Assembly (NCBI RefSeq): GCF_009914755.1
Contig: NC_060935.1
Source of the DNA: the human T2T-CHM13v2.0 reference genome, Homo sapiens
Reading direction: 5' to 3' (one strand)
Length of the DNA: 64,000 nt
Of the stretch, positions 43,098 to 57,867 are shown in pieces (the stretch's first letter is position 1; each line of letters begins with the position of its first letter). The notes beneath the pieces are model-generated. The model was not told the origin of the DNA, made no database searches, and worked only from the letters and a program-made list of their open reading frames with translations. The position numbers and the translations under genes are program-made.

Positions 43098-43301
43098 AGG
43101 AGCTTCCTTGCTTGAAATGAATGCTGCACTTTGACCGTCACGTCTTGCCCTCTTTGCACATTCTGAACTTGCCTTTACACACCTCCCCACAACATGATGT
43201 GTAGTTTCAGTTTTGGATTGTAATTAGTTTTGTTCATTATGGGTTAGTACTTACTTAAACCTAATGATAAATTTTAGTGCTTTCTTCACTCAATTACTGT
43301 T

Positions 43302-43673
<372 letters not shown>

Positions 43674-43699
43674 TGAATTCATTGAGAGAGTCTGCTGTA

Positions 43700-44068
43700 A
43701 ACTTACTGAATTATCACATAATGTAACAAATGCCATAGACAGGCTGGTTTAAACAACAGAAACTTATTTTTGCACAATTCCAGCAACTGGAAGTTCAAGA
43801 CCAACGTGCTGGCAGGGTTGGTTTCTTCTGAATGTAGATGGCTGTTTTCTCTCTGTATCTGCACACGGTCTTCCTTGTGTATCTGGGTCCTAATTTCCTC
43901 TTCTTACAAGGACAGCAGTCATATTGGATTAGGAGCCACCCATATGATTTCATTTTAACTTAATTACCTCTTTAAGAACCCTATCTCTAAATACAGTCCC
44001 GTTCTGAGCTACTGGGAGTTAGGACTTCAACATACGAATTTTGGAGGGACACTATCCCGTCCCTCATA
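43700..44068 (-). mobile_element. MLT1-family MaLR LTR
   Basis: GTAACAAATGCCATAGAC..GGTTTAAACAACAGAAA and ACTGGGAGTTAGGACTTCAACA, the reverse complement of motifs in the 19107 LTR. Boundaries approximate. Confidence 0.75.
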
Positions 44069-47000
44069 GTCTTCATTTTGCTTTCACTTGAATGCTAGTT
44101 TGGTTAAATTTAGGAATCTCTATCCAAAATAATTTTCAGTCAGACCTTTGAAAACTGTCTTCAATTATTTTTAGTAACGTACATGACAGTTTGGTGCCAG
44201 TCATATTCATGTTCCTTTATTGACTTGTCTTGTTTCCTCTAGAAACTTTCAGGATCTTCTCTTGAATTTTATGACAATTTCCTGTGTTACGGCCTTTTAA
44301 ATTTTATTTTGCTTGAAATTTAGTGGATGAGTTCAACTTGAAAACTCACTTTTTTTCCTTTAGGAAATTTCCTTTTATTATTTCTCTCATTAATCCCTCC
44401 CTATATGTAATGTTTCCTCTTGCTGAAACTCTCATTAGAAGTTAGAATTTCTTTGTCCTTTTATGTTTATTAAGGGAGAATTCCTTAGCTCAATCTTACA
44501 TGGAACTAATTTGCATTTCCTCCATGTACATTCTGCTCAGCTCATCTACTGATTTTAAAATAATTACATTTATAATTTTTAAGATACCTAATTTTTTCAT
44601 ATAGCCCATCCTTGCTTTATAAATGACATATCATCTTGCATCTCTCTGGGGATATTCATTATACTAACTTGGGGGAAGTCTTCTTTGTTTGCTCTATCAA
44701 TTATGTTTTCTTGGATATTTGTTCTTTTGTGTGTTGAGTTTGGTGTTTCATCTTCATAGTGCTGGTTTTTCAACTATATTTGGGATTTTTGGATATGTGT
44801 TTACCATGTCATTTGAGAATTTCTGTTTTCCTTTTGGTGGATACCACCTCTGATTAAAGGAGCTTTCCCGCAGGGACTGTGGGACAGGGATGGAGCCTGC
44901 TACCAGGTGTGTGCAGTGGCGGTGTGTTTCCTGGGTGTGAGCTGTCCCACTCTCTCTGGAGGTCACTGGTTCTATGGGGAGTTCCCTGGGATTTCTGGCC
45001 CCTTAGTCTGGAGCCACACTGGAAAGTGAGGAAAGCTCCTAGCCCTGGACCCATCTTCTTATCCATCACCCTTGTGATAGCCCAGGGTGCCTTCCACTCT
45101 GCATGTCCCAGGACATGCAAGTTTGGGATGTCCCAGGACAGCTCCTGCCTCGCCACACACTGCTACACTGCTGTGGCCAGGACTTCTCGCTCTGTTAATC
45201 CACAGCCTTCTGCTTTCTCTCTGGAATTCTTTGAAATTTCTCACTTGTTAGTGGACACTTCTTTTTATGGTGTTGTTTTCAGTGTTCTCTCTAATTTATT
45301 TTCTTTTAAATCACTTTCTGGAGTTCTAGGGTCTGTCAGCATTCTCCAGCACTGTGCTGTCCAACACAGTAGCCATAACTGCACGTGGCTATATAAGTTG
45401 AAATTATTTAAGATACGTAGAATGTAAAAGTCAGTTTCTCAGTCACAGAAGCCACATTCCAAGTGCTTAACAGCCACATGTGACTAGTGCCTCCACAGTG
45501 AAGAGGATAGCTACAGAATGCTTCCATCACTGCAGAAAGGTCTCTTGGACAGCACTGCTCTACATCTTCTGAATCTGAAAAGTGAAGAAATTCCTAAATC
45601 CCTTTTGAGATGCTATGAGGAATAGGTGACAGTAAGCCCGTGTTGTGCACACAGCAGGGTGCTCAATCAGTACAAGCTGAACGTCCACTCAATGGCAAGT
45701 GAATTGGTGGTGCTGGGACTGGAACCTGCTGTTTCTGCCTCATTGTTCCCAGAATTACCATAAACAGGTGAACCATTGAGAAACAGAGGGCATGAAGGAG
45801 ACCAGGCAAAAGCGTGAACCAGGACAGTGAGGGCGACCTGAAATCACATGCCTTAAAACACTGCCTTTATACCCCAAATCAGAAAAAGAGAGCTCAATTA
45901 GAAACAGTGATTTATTTAATCCTCACAAGAACTTTGTCAAGAAGGCATTATTATTCTTCCCCTGGTATGAATGAGGAATGAAATAAATGCAGTCCATGAA
46001 AATGAACTAAATCTCTTACGCCACACAGTTAGGTCAACGGGAAATTCACGGCGATGTTAGGACCAGAATCCATTGCTTCCTCATTCGTATTCCTTAGGAT
46101 AACTAAAAATTAGTAAGTCAGGGGGAAACACACATCACAAAGGTGATGAGGAAATTCAAACCCAGATCTAACCCAAAACCCTTCCACAACATGGTTCCAA
46201 AATGTGTTTGATTATGGTCCCCTCATAAAACATTTTTGAGCAATACACACGTGCACAAACACACACACAGTATAAAACATATTCACAATGATGCACTAAA
46301 AAGATATTAAATAGAATACAAGTCTCAATCTTTTGTCTCATACTCTAGCATTATTTCTCATGTTTCCTAGGGGGCTCCCCACCTCCTACTTTGAGAATCA
46401 CTGATCTAAACCATGCCACATAAAAGAGGGAACATTTTGTGAGAGGGACTTGCAGGCTTGGGAATCTCAGCTTCCATCTGCTCATCTAAACCGCTCTGAA
46501 AAGAAACATAATTGGACCATAATGTATTCAATGTCAGCCACATTCTTTGAGTAACTAGGGCTTTTCACTATTTCTGTGCACCAGTGGTCTGATATTTGTC
46601 ACTGGCTCTTATTTCAAAAAGAGAATTAACTCTAACCTACCATTCAGAGGTTGCTCCTGACCATGCGTTGCGTCTGTGAAAAGCATGGAAATGGGCAAAG
46701 CAACACATAAGTGCATCAAGATGGTTCTTTTTTTCCAAGAAATAATAACAAATGTCATCTTTACTGAAATGAAATGAGACTTGATGAAACAAATGGCTCA
46801 TTTATTTACATCATCCAGATTTTTAAAAACGGGCCTCCTTATTTTCATGGCCATTCACTGCTTGCTGTGATAACAGTGTTTTCAGCTTAAAAGCACTATG
46901 ATGTGTTTGATTCTCTCTTGGGTGCAATTTCTCTCCTCTGTGTCCCTTTATCTCTGTTTCTGCCTCTCTCTGAATCAAAGGGAAGATATAGGTGTTATTA

Positions 47001-48563
47001 TCCCCTTTTTATAGATGAAGAACTTTGTTTGAGAAGTTAGGTTACACAGCTAGTATATGGTAAAGTCAAACCTTGAACTCGGATTCTCTGTTCCAGAGCC
47101 AATGCTCTGATGGAAATTTTAACTAGTAGAATTGCTTTAGTCAGAATTTGATCTAGTTGGCATTATGTAGTTGGGAGAGAGGACAGGGTGGGGCTGAGCA
47201 CCCACATAGCCAACGTACCAGCTTAACTTTATCTTGCACTGAGAGATTAGCAGGGTTTTACAGAAACAGTCCGACAGATTCAGAAGAGGCTGTGCCTACA
47301 TTTGCTATTCAGCTGGTACAAAGCCTTTAGGAGAAGCCTGGAGCAGCACAAGTCCCCAAAGTGGGTATCACATGGCCAGCAAATCGACAGAAGTAAATCA
47401 AATTGCAGAGGTTCAGAGTGGATCAGTGGGATTGTCTTAGGAGGTGTTTCCATGGGCTGTGTAGTCTTTATGACTCTTCACCTGTGTCAACAACAGGCAC
47501 TTCAATGTCTTTTGAATTTAGCCCTTCCTTTGTGCCTCCTCTTCTTATTGCCCCAGTTCAGATGTATTGCCTAGACTTTTTCAGAAGCCCCCCACCCAGG
47601 TTTCCCACTTCCCTTCCATTTGTTACACCACCACCAGAGTCATCTTTCAAAACCTGGATCTGATGATGGCACCCTTCAGCTCGCAGACTTCTGTTAGTGC
47701 CCCCTTACTATAAGATCATGTTAAAAATTTTGACATCATTTTCAAATTTCTTCATCTTGCTCCAGATTAACTTTCCCACTTCTTCTCCCACCATCCCACT
47801 TTCCTTTATCCTATCTACCAACCTCTTCAGTCTAATCACTGTTCTCCAAAAATAGCCAGTACTTTCATGCCTCTACGCTTTGCTCATGCTCCCTCCTCTG
47901 CCTGGAATGTCCTCCGCCTCCTTCACCTCCTCCCTCTGGTGGAATCTTCCTCATCCTTCAATAAACAGCCCAAATGGCCTCTTCAGGGGAAGCCTCCATC
48001 CCTAACCTTTCCAGGTAGGATGTGATACTCTGCACTGGGACCTTAAAACATGCTCTCATTATGGGGAACTTTGTCTGGTTGTATGCGTGTCTTTTTGGAT
48101 CATTAGATGGTGAACTCCTCTGTAAAAAAGAGAGCATCTTATTTGTCTTTGGGTCCTCAATGCTAGCACCTCGTAGGCATTTAGAAGTTGAAGTTGAATT
48201 TATTCATGTAGCTGAATAATTTTGAGAGGTCTTGAAAGGGCTACATTCCTACCATATCTGAGATAAGCTGCAAGAGATAAAGCACAAATTCAGCAAAAAA
48301 CATTTACTTACTTAAGTCTATAGCCACTCCATCTAAACATAAAGATTGGATGCATTTTTATAATAGCTGGGAGCCTTTTTTTTTTTTTTTTTTTGGCTTT
48401 CCCAATAAGTTTGTGCTGTGTCTATAGTGTAATAACACTGGATTGGAATGAATAGTTATGGGTTTCTAGTCTTAACTTTTCTATTAATTAGCTGTGTGCC
48501 CTCTGACAAGTCAGTTCTCCTTTCTAGTTCCTTACTTACAGAATATTCGTGTGAGGCAGATGA

Positions 48564-48873
<310 letters not shown>

Positions 48874-49512
48874 GGTGCTAATTCTATAATTTGATAATTC
48901 TTATTTTCCAGTTAGGAAAACTAAGTCTTTACTTCCCTTGGAGCATGATGGAGCTTAACCAACAAAGGGTAAACTTTCTACATTGTCATAAAAACATCTT
49001 TGTCCTACTATGACCCTATTACCAAAAAATGTGGGTATTAGAAATGGTACAAGGTATTTTATGAAGTGAGAACTCCTGATATGGGGAAAAACAAAAACAG
49101 AAAAAGGCAGACGCAGCTAACAACCAAAAAAACTCCTTATTGCTAAAACATCAGAGTTCTGCTCCTTTAAAGTTGGAAGGCCTCACATCAGGAGAAGAAA
49201 AAGACCTCAGAAAGATTAGTTGATCTTTTGTGTTCACAAAGACGAAGGAGTTAAGTCGTCAAGCCCCCCCGAAAGATGGTTTGGAGTAAAAGGAGAAGAT
49301 GCTTGCATGTCGAGTTTAAAACTCGGGTCCTCGGGGAATGCATTCTACAAAGTGACACAGGTCCAAAGAGAATCAGAATCTTCAAGGTGGTGTGTGCAGC
49401 GGTGTCACTGCCCCTTAATGGATGCTGTGACAATTACCCTTTATATAAGAAGAGATCTGAGAGTCCCCCAATATTCTGAAGTGCTGTATTCCAATTTCTT
49501 AAAGATAGTCTT

Positions 49513-49820
<308 letters not shown>

Positions 49821-49829
49821 AATATAGTC

Positions 49830-50990
49830 TTTATATTTTAGAGCAATTTTAGGTTCACAGCAAAACTGAGTGGAAAATACAGAGTTTCCATACATCCCCT
49901 GCTCCCACACATGCATTGCCCCGCCCACTATCAACACTCTGCACTGGAGTGGTACATTTGTTGCAATCAATGAGCCTACAATGTTACATCATTATCTCCC
50001 AAAGTCTATAGTTGACATCAGAGTTCACTCCTATGGTTGTTCATTCTGTGGGCTTGGACAAATGTATAATGACACGTATCCACTATTATATCATCATACA
50101 GAATAATTTCACTGCCTTAAAAATCCTTTATGCTCCATCTATTCATCTCTTCTCCACTAGCCTCTGTCAACTACTGATCTTTTTACAGTCTCCATAGTTT
50201 TGCCTTTTCCAGACTATCATATAGTTGAAACCACATAGGATTGTAGCCGTCTCATATTGGCTTCTTTCACTTACCAATGTGCATTTAAGGTTCTTCCATG
50301 TCTTTTCATGGCTTGAGAGTGCATTTCTTTTTAGCATTGAATAATATTCCCCTGCCTGGATGTGCCACAGTTTATCTATGTATTCAACTACTGATGACCA
50401 TCTTGGTTGCTTCCAAGTTTTGGCAATTATGAATAAAGCTGCCATAAACATTTGTGTGCAGATTTTCATGAGGACATAGTTCTTGTGCAGACATTACTCA
50501 TTTGGGTAAATACCAAATAGTTTGATTGCTGGATTATATGATAAAAGTAAATTTAGTTTTCTAAGAAACTGCCAAACTGTCTTCCAATGTGCCTGTGCCA
50601 TTTTGCATTTCCATCAGCAATAAATGAAAGCCCTCGTTGCACCGCATCCTCACCAGCGTTTGGTGTTGTCAGTGTTTTGAATTTTGGCCATTCTAATACA
50701 CGTGTAGTGGTATCTCATTGTTGTTCTAATTTGCAATTTCCTAATCACATATGATATTGAGCATGTTTTCATTTTCTTATTTGCTCCCTGTATATGTTTG
50801 GTGAGGTGTCTGTTCAGGTCTTTTGACCATTTTTTAAATTGGGTTGTTCATTTTCTTATTCTTCAGTTTTAAGAGTTCTTTTTATATTTTGGATAACAGT
50901 CCTTTATCAGATGTGCCTTTTGCATATTTTCATATTTTATTCCAGTCTGTGGCTTGTCTTCCCATTCTCTTGACAGCATCTCTTGCAGGT
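49830..50990 (-). mobile_element. Old L1M 3' end (ORF2 tail and 3' UTR)
   Basis: ORF 50167-50469 (-) reads as a degraded L1 ORF2 C-terminus (MFMAALFIIAKTWKQPR..WHI..EYYS). Boundaries approximate. Confidence 0.85.
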
Positions 50991-53008
50991 TTTTTTTTTT
51001 TTTTTGCAGAACACTGCAAAAATGTTCTTCCTTTTTAAAATATACCTTTTCAAGCTAAATTCCACTTTTAAATTGCTTTAGCAGAAATATTAACTATCCA
51101 GAAATGTCTTCCCAGTCCACAGAAATAGGATTTATTTTATTTGTATTTCCTGAACTTATGAATTAGTAGAAATAGAAGTTAGAAAAATCACCTGTGTTCA
51201 AATTTGAGTTATAACTTTGAATGTGCATTTCAAATATTCATTGAGGGAATGTCCTGGGGTGGCAGACTTCAACCCTGTTTCCTAAATTTTGCTATATCTC
51301 ATGCCATAGGTTAAGGGACTTCAACTAATATCCCACAAGTGCATAGGATATGACATTTATTTCTCACCGAGTATACCTACTGTCACGGCAACCTTCGCCA
51401 GCGGAATGTAGACTAAGTAGATGGTGAGGTGTTTAGTCTGGGGAACTAAGTGTATGTGTGTGAGTGAGGAACACTTTCCTGAGAAGATTAGCTGGAACCT
51501 AAGAAAGGTTTCCTGTCTCCTAGAAGATGGGAGGATTTTGCCTCATGAGTATTTGCGAGAAAGTGGTTAAGGCAATAAGGAGCTCTGGTCACAGGATGAC
51601 ATGGTGCTAGGAAGGGGCCAAGTATAGAGTATGACAACTGTGGATCTTTTTATATATGTGGTCCCTTTTACAGAGGCTGAGATATGGTGCTGGAGGCTGT
51701 GTTATAGTTATTGTTGACTTGTTTGGTGATGTTTCTCTATGAGTTTCTTCTAGTGAGTTGTCTCCAAATGCTAGAATTTGAAAGTGCAATAAGAAGTTCC
51801 AGAAGCTATAGGGCCAGTACAGGTAGACCACAAAACCTAACAACCATCAGACCCTATAATATTTTCAGTCTGTAAAGAAAGACTGCATTATGCATACTCT
51901 CCTAGACCTGTGAAAGGAGAAATCATGAAATAACCTTCATTAAAAAATTTTCCTGGCATAGGCTAAGAAAATCGAGTATCATGTTCTATTATGGCAATTG
52001 GCATAAATATTGGAAATGAAGATCATGTTCCAGGGATTGATAATCTTAAATACATGCCATGTGAGAAATAGTCCAAGGGACCAGGCACATTTATTCAAAG
52101 ATGAATTGGTGATGGTAGGAATATGAAAACTTATAGCAAACTTTCAAATATCTAATGAACTGTCATATATATTAGGAGGGAAGAAATTTGTTCCAAGAAA
52201 GGGAAAAACTAGGACCAATAGACATTGCAGATAGATAGACTGATATTGTTTCAATGTAAAGGAAAATTAGTGTCTGAGAAGGTAGTGCATCCTTTTTCAA
52301 TTTACAGCAATTGGAAAATGAAATAATGTTTACAGCCCATGGTGAAAAAGAGTAGCACAGCGGTTCCCACCTGCCTAAGGGCTGAGATGATTAATATCTT
52401 GCCAACCTGTAACCCAGTCCCAGCACAGTGATTGGGAAGCTCTGCATTGATGGGATTGCTGGTCTCTGAAAATAGTAAATTCCCCACCTTAGGAACCCTT
52501 CAAGTAGAGCCTGGAAACAACCTGGATGGCGGTGTTGTAATGGCAATTTTAAAATGCTTTTAAATGTATGTACTTTTTATTACAGTTTCATAAGTTCTGA
52601 CAAATGCACAGATTCACATAATCACCACTGTGATCAACACACAGAACAGTTCTACCATCACCCCAAAATTATTTTGAGCTACTCTTTTGTAGTCACACCT
52701 ATTCCCATTCCTAAGCTCTTGCAACCACTGATCTGCTCTCTATCCCTATAGTTTTGCCTTTTCCAGAAGGTCATATAAGTGAAATCACACAGTAGCTAGC
52801 CTTTTGAATAAGGTTCCTTTCACTTAGCTTAGTGCATTTGAGATTCATCCACACTGTTGACTCATCCATGGTTTGTTCCTTTTTATTGCTGAGTAGTAGT
52901 TGATTGTATGGTTGTGCCACCATGCCCATTCATTCACCAGCTGAAGAATACTCGGGGGACTTCTGGCTTCTAGCCCAACATTTTAGGAGATTAGAAGTCA
53001 TCACTTTA

Positions 53009-53313
<305 letters not shown>

Positions 53314-54458
53314 TCATCACTTTATCCTAACAAGTAAAAAGCTGAACAAACTGAAAACTAACAGCTCTTCTTAGCTCCATGAAATAATTGAAATCACAGG
53401 ACAAACCGCTCTCCCCAATTTGGGCAGAGAATGGATCAAAGAACCCACAATTTACTGGAGCAGAAATCTCAGTGGGAACTAGTGTTGAGTTAATTTAACC
53501 AGTACATTATAGCTGGCTTTAAACAAAAAATTACAAGAACATGCTAATAAGCAAGAAACAGAGTTTGAAGAGACAGAGCAAGCATCAGTATCAGACTCAG
53601 AAATGACAGGGATGTTTGAATTATTAGAACAGGAATTTTAAACAATTATGATTAATATATTAAGGAGTCTAGTGGAAAAAGTACACACTATGCAAGAACA
53701 GATAGGTCATGTAAGCAGAGAGATGAAAATATTAAGAAAGAATATAAAATAAATGTTAGAAATCAACTCTGTAATCAAAATGAAGGACTTTGATGGGCTT
53801 ACTAGCCAACTGGACACAGCTGATGAAAGGATCAGTGAGCTTGAGGCTATGTCAATAGAAACTTCCCAAACTGAAAAGCAAAGGAAAAAAAGACTTATGA
53901 TAAGTGGAACATAATATCCAAGAACTGTAGGACAATTATAAAAGATTTAAAGAACATACAATGAGAACACCAGATGAAGAGAGAAAAAGAAACAGAGGAA
54001 ATTCTTGAAGCAGTAAAGACTGAAAAGTTCCCAAAATTAATGTCAGACACCAAACTACAAATACAGGAAGCTCAGAGAACACCAAGCAGGATAAAGGGCT
54101 GTTATTTGGTTTGTTTCCAGTTTGGGGGCAATTATGAATAAATATGCTACAAATATTAATATACAGCATTGTTTTTTGTACACATAACTCTTCATTTTTG
54201 AAGGTAAATATCTGAGTGGAATTTCTGGGTCATATGGTAAGTCTATGTGCAAGTTCATAAGAAACTCCCGAATCATGTTTCAAAGTGCCTGTGGGTTCCC
54301 ACTAACCACGTCCAGTTGCTCTGCATCTTCACCAGCGTTTGCTGTGATCAATCTCATTTTGCTGTTTCTTAAGTTTTAGCCATTTTAACAGATGTGTAGT
54401 GGTATTTCAGTGTGATGTTAATTTGCATTTCTCTAATAAATAAATAATGATGGTGAGC

Positions 54459-54756
54459 TTTTTTTTTTTTTTTTTTTTTTTAGACGGAGTCTCTCTGTCA
54501 CCAGGCTGGAGTGCAGTGGTGCTATCCCAGCTCACTGCAACCTCTGACTCCCTGGTTCAAGTGATTCTTCTGCCTCAGCCTCCCAAGTAGCTGGGATTAC
54601 AGGCATACACCACCACGTACAGCTAATTTTTGTATTTTTAGTAGAGACAGGGTTTCACCGTGTTAGCCAGGATGGTCTTGATCTCCTGAACTTGTGATCG
54701 GCCTGCTTCAGCCTCCAAAGTGCTAGGATTACCGGCGTGAGCCACAGCGCCCGGCT
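54459..54756 (-). mobile_element. Alu (AluSc-like)
   Basis: Antisense Alu with a poly-T head and GATG(G/T)TGAGC on both flanks. Confidence 0.92.
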
Positions 54757-55295
54757 GATGTTGAGCATTTTTTAATGTGCTTTTTTGCTAACTATACATC
54801 TTGTTCAGTGAAGTGACTATTCAAATCTTTTATCCATCTAAAAATTGGATTGTTTTCTTATTGTAGAGTTTTGAGAGTTTGTTGTATGTTCTGGAAACAA
54901 GTCAAAGGTGCTGTTAAAATCATCCGGAGAATGTTGACTTTTGTTTATTTTGGTAGGCAACCAGGCTGGTTAAGTTCATACCACAAGTTGTGTCTTGCCT
55001 TCTGAGGGTGGTGGTTCCAATGTCAAAGCCAAGAGGTAAAGAAGGAAAGAAAAACCCAGTAAGCTCCCTGGCATACAAGCTATTCTTCTCTCAGGTAATA
55101 GTGTTTGTATTCTGCCCAGAGATTTTAGTTATAATCAGTGGAGGAGATAGGCTGTAATGGGCTTACTTTGTCTTGTTTAGCACTAGTTCTGTAATGGCAA
55201 TTTAAATACTGGACAGTGATTTTCCCAGATCATTAGTCATCAAACCTAGCAACAAATCAGAATTACCAGAGACACTTTGTTTGTTTATTTACATA

Positions 55296-55586
55296 ATTTT
55301 TTTGAGACAGGATCTTACTCTGTCACCCAGGCTGGAGTGCCGTGGTATAATCATGGCTCACAGTATCCTCTACCTTCTAGGTTTAAGTGATCCTCCCACC
55401 TCAGCCTTCTGAGTAGTTGGGATTACAGGCATGCACCACCATGACCAGGTAATTTTTAAAATATTTTTTGTAGAAATGGGTCTCACTATGTTGCTCAGGC
55501 TGGTCTCAAATTCCTGGGCTCAAGTGATCTTCCTGCCTCGGACACACAAAATGCTGGCATTACAGGTGTAAGCTACCATGGCTGGC
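55296..55586 (-). mobile_element. Alu (AluJ-like)
   Basis: Diverged antisense Alu with TCCTGGGCTCAAGTGATC. Confidence 0.9.
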
Positions 55587-57671
55587 TTCCTGGGAAGCTT
55601 GAAATAATATAGATTTAAGGGTTCTACCCTAGACCCATCTCCATTAGAAGCCCAAGAATCTGTCAAAGATGCTTTCTGGTGTTTCTAATACAGCCAACCT
55701 GGGACTGATTTGGGGGCCCAAAGTCAGGGTTAAGCTTGGAAGTTTGTGAAGCCCTGGATAAGACGATCTCCAGGGTCCTTTCCAGCCCTGAGATCCTTAG
55801 GCTCTATATTATTCAGAATATCCCATTCACAAAGATGCTTGTTAATGAGGTGCCATTCTATTCATTTCTCTCAAAATTTCAGCTGAAGCTGTAGATCACA
55901 TAGGTCATCTTGACAAAGGTCCCAGAGAAGATTAAAAATATGTAACTGATAGCAAGGTCAAGATATTAAAACCAAAAGGAGAACGGATGGTCTCCCAATC
56001 TGTAAGATTAGTTTCATGGAAATAACAACTTCTTGCAATAATAGCGGCAATAAAATTTAAATCTGCCTTATATAGTGTTTGCCAAGAGGAATATCATGTG
56101 TGCTCAAGTCCGAAGATTAGTGGTTTCATTAAGAGCCTCCTTTCCTCCCTAGGATCAGCTCTTTCCCATACATTTGATAAAACTCTTTTGGTTGAGCGCA
56201 GGTTCTGCTTATGTGCTAGGAATCGCCAGAGAGTTTGAATTTGCTTTTCATAAAAATTTATTTCTAAGGACCTCAGAAATCATCTCCTTGGGATCACTTC
56301 TATAAGGATGCAAGAGGAAACCAGCCCTGACAGGTTAAGTGCCTTATTAGCGAGTCTGAACTGGGGCTTGAAGCCAGATTTTGGCTCCTAGGTTGTGCAT
56401 GTCTTACTTCTCTGAGTTGAGTCAAGTGAGATGTTGGATGCAGAGCCTCTGAGCATGTTAACAACAACAGGTCAGATAGCTGCAGTTGGCAGTGGCTGAG
56501 CTCCATGCAAGGCATTTGTAAAGGGTGCTTTGACCTAAAATGTTTCAGCTCCTGGATTTGCAGCTATGAAAATACTGGCAACTAAAATGGCTCAGAACTT
56601 GCAAAGTGCCAACTTGCTGGCACATCGTATTCTCTGGGCACTGGGAAGTGGATGGCCCTTGGCTCTCTCTGGAAATTTTTTCGCCCCATTTCCTCTCAAA
56701 AGTGCCACATGGTATTGTATAGCCAGGGCTTAATCAGGTGAAGCGGAATCTCTATGAGTTATGAAGTAAATGATTTCTTACAGAAATCAGATCTTACACA
56801 ATTGTGAGAGAAACTGGGGGAATAAAGGTTGGAAAGGGCTCGTTGGAAGATCGGAGTCGCAAACCGGACAATCTGAGAAGCTGAGCATGTCCAGCCACCA
56901 CAGAGGGACTGTGCGGGAGGAGCTGGTGGTAGAGGAATATATAGGGGGTTGGTGCCTCTGTGGGTCTGCATGGAAGCTTCTGGTGACAGGGCTGGAGCAG
57001 CTGCTCTTCAGCAGGACCCGCCCTCAGGAGGAGGCTGTGGACAAAACCTGGAGGACAGCCAGGCAGCTGGAGTCAGGGACACTTTTGTGTCGTCATTGCA
57101 TCACATTGCCCTGGCCTTCTGAGAGGAATGGTGGTTGTTTCCTTTCTCCCTCCAACATGGTGTGCAAACTCCTCTTTGGTGCTCAAAATCACAACCATAA
57201 CATGAAGGGGTTTTCGTGAAATGTTCTGGCTTAAGCAACTTGATACGGAATAAATCACCTCAAGTTTAGAGCCTGAAATAGCAACAGCGGCCACGCCTTG
57301 GGACTAATGCCATGGAAGCACTGTTCTCATTTGCCATGAACAATCTGGAATCAGCCTGCCTCACCACAGTCTGAACACGCATGACGATGCCAGGCGGCCC
57401 AAGCTCTGGAGTGCGGGCCTCAGCTCCAGGCACAGCTGCACGCACACGCTGGCGCTGCACAGGGTCTGTCCCTCAAGCTTTCTGAAATTAACTTCCTCAA
57501 AATGGGGCCAATAATAACTACCTCGCAATACTCTTTGGAAGTAGATATAATAGTAGATGCTCAATAAAAATTATTCCTTTTCTCTCCCAAGTGCCACTTG
57601 TTCCCCTGGGTCATATAGGACCTGTCCTCTTTCTCAGAATGTCTCCAGGTAGAAATGACTTTATCAAACTC

Positions 57672-57867
57672 CAACTTGTTCAACCCGCCTTATTTTGCTG
57701 TTGTTCTGTTTTGTTTAGTTTTAGGCTTTGAGCAGCCTGAAGCTATGGTTTTTAGTTTCTGTCTCTAGTGATAAGCAGAAAAGAGGGGTGAGAAAGGGGC
57801 TTTACTGGTTCAACTAGAAATAGAAACTAAGAGCCCATGAGTGTATTCTCTCCCTTGGACGCCGCTG
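57672..57867 (-). mobile_element. Short hAT-type DNA transposon fossil (MER107-like)
   Basis: The reverse complement begins CAGCGGCGTCCAAGGGAGAGAATAC and the other end has a TTGTTCAA inverted terminus. Family name from memory. Confidence 0.55.

Noticed and set aside
44879-45427. 182-aa ORF, the longest in the track
   Set aside because: GTG start, no domain, and it runs from degraded repeat-like sequence into a MER3-like element.
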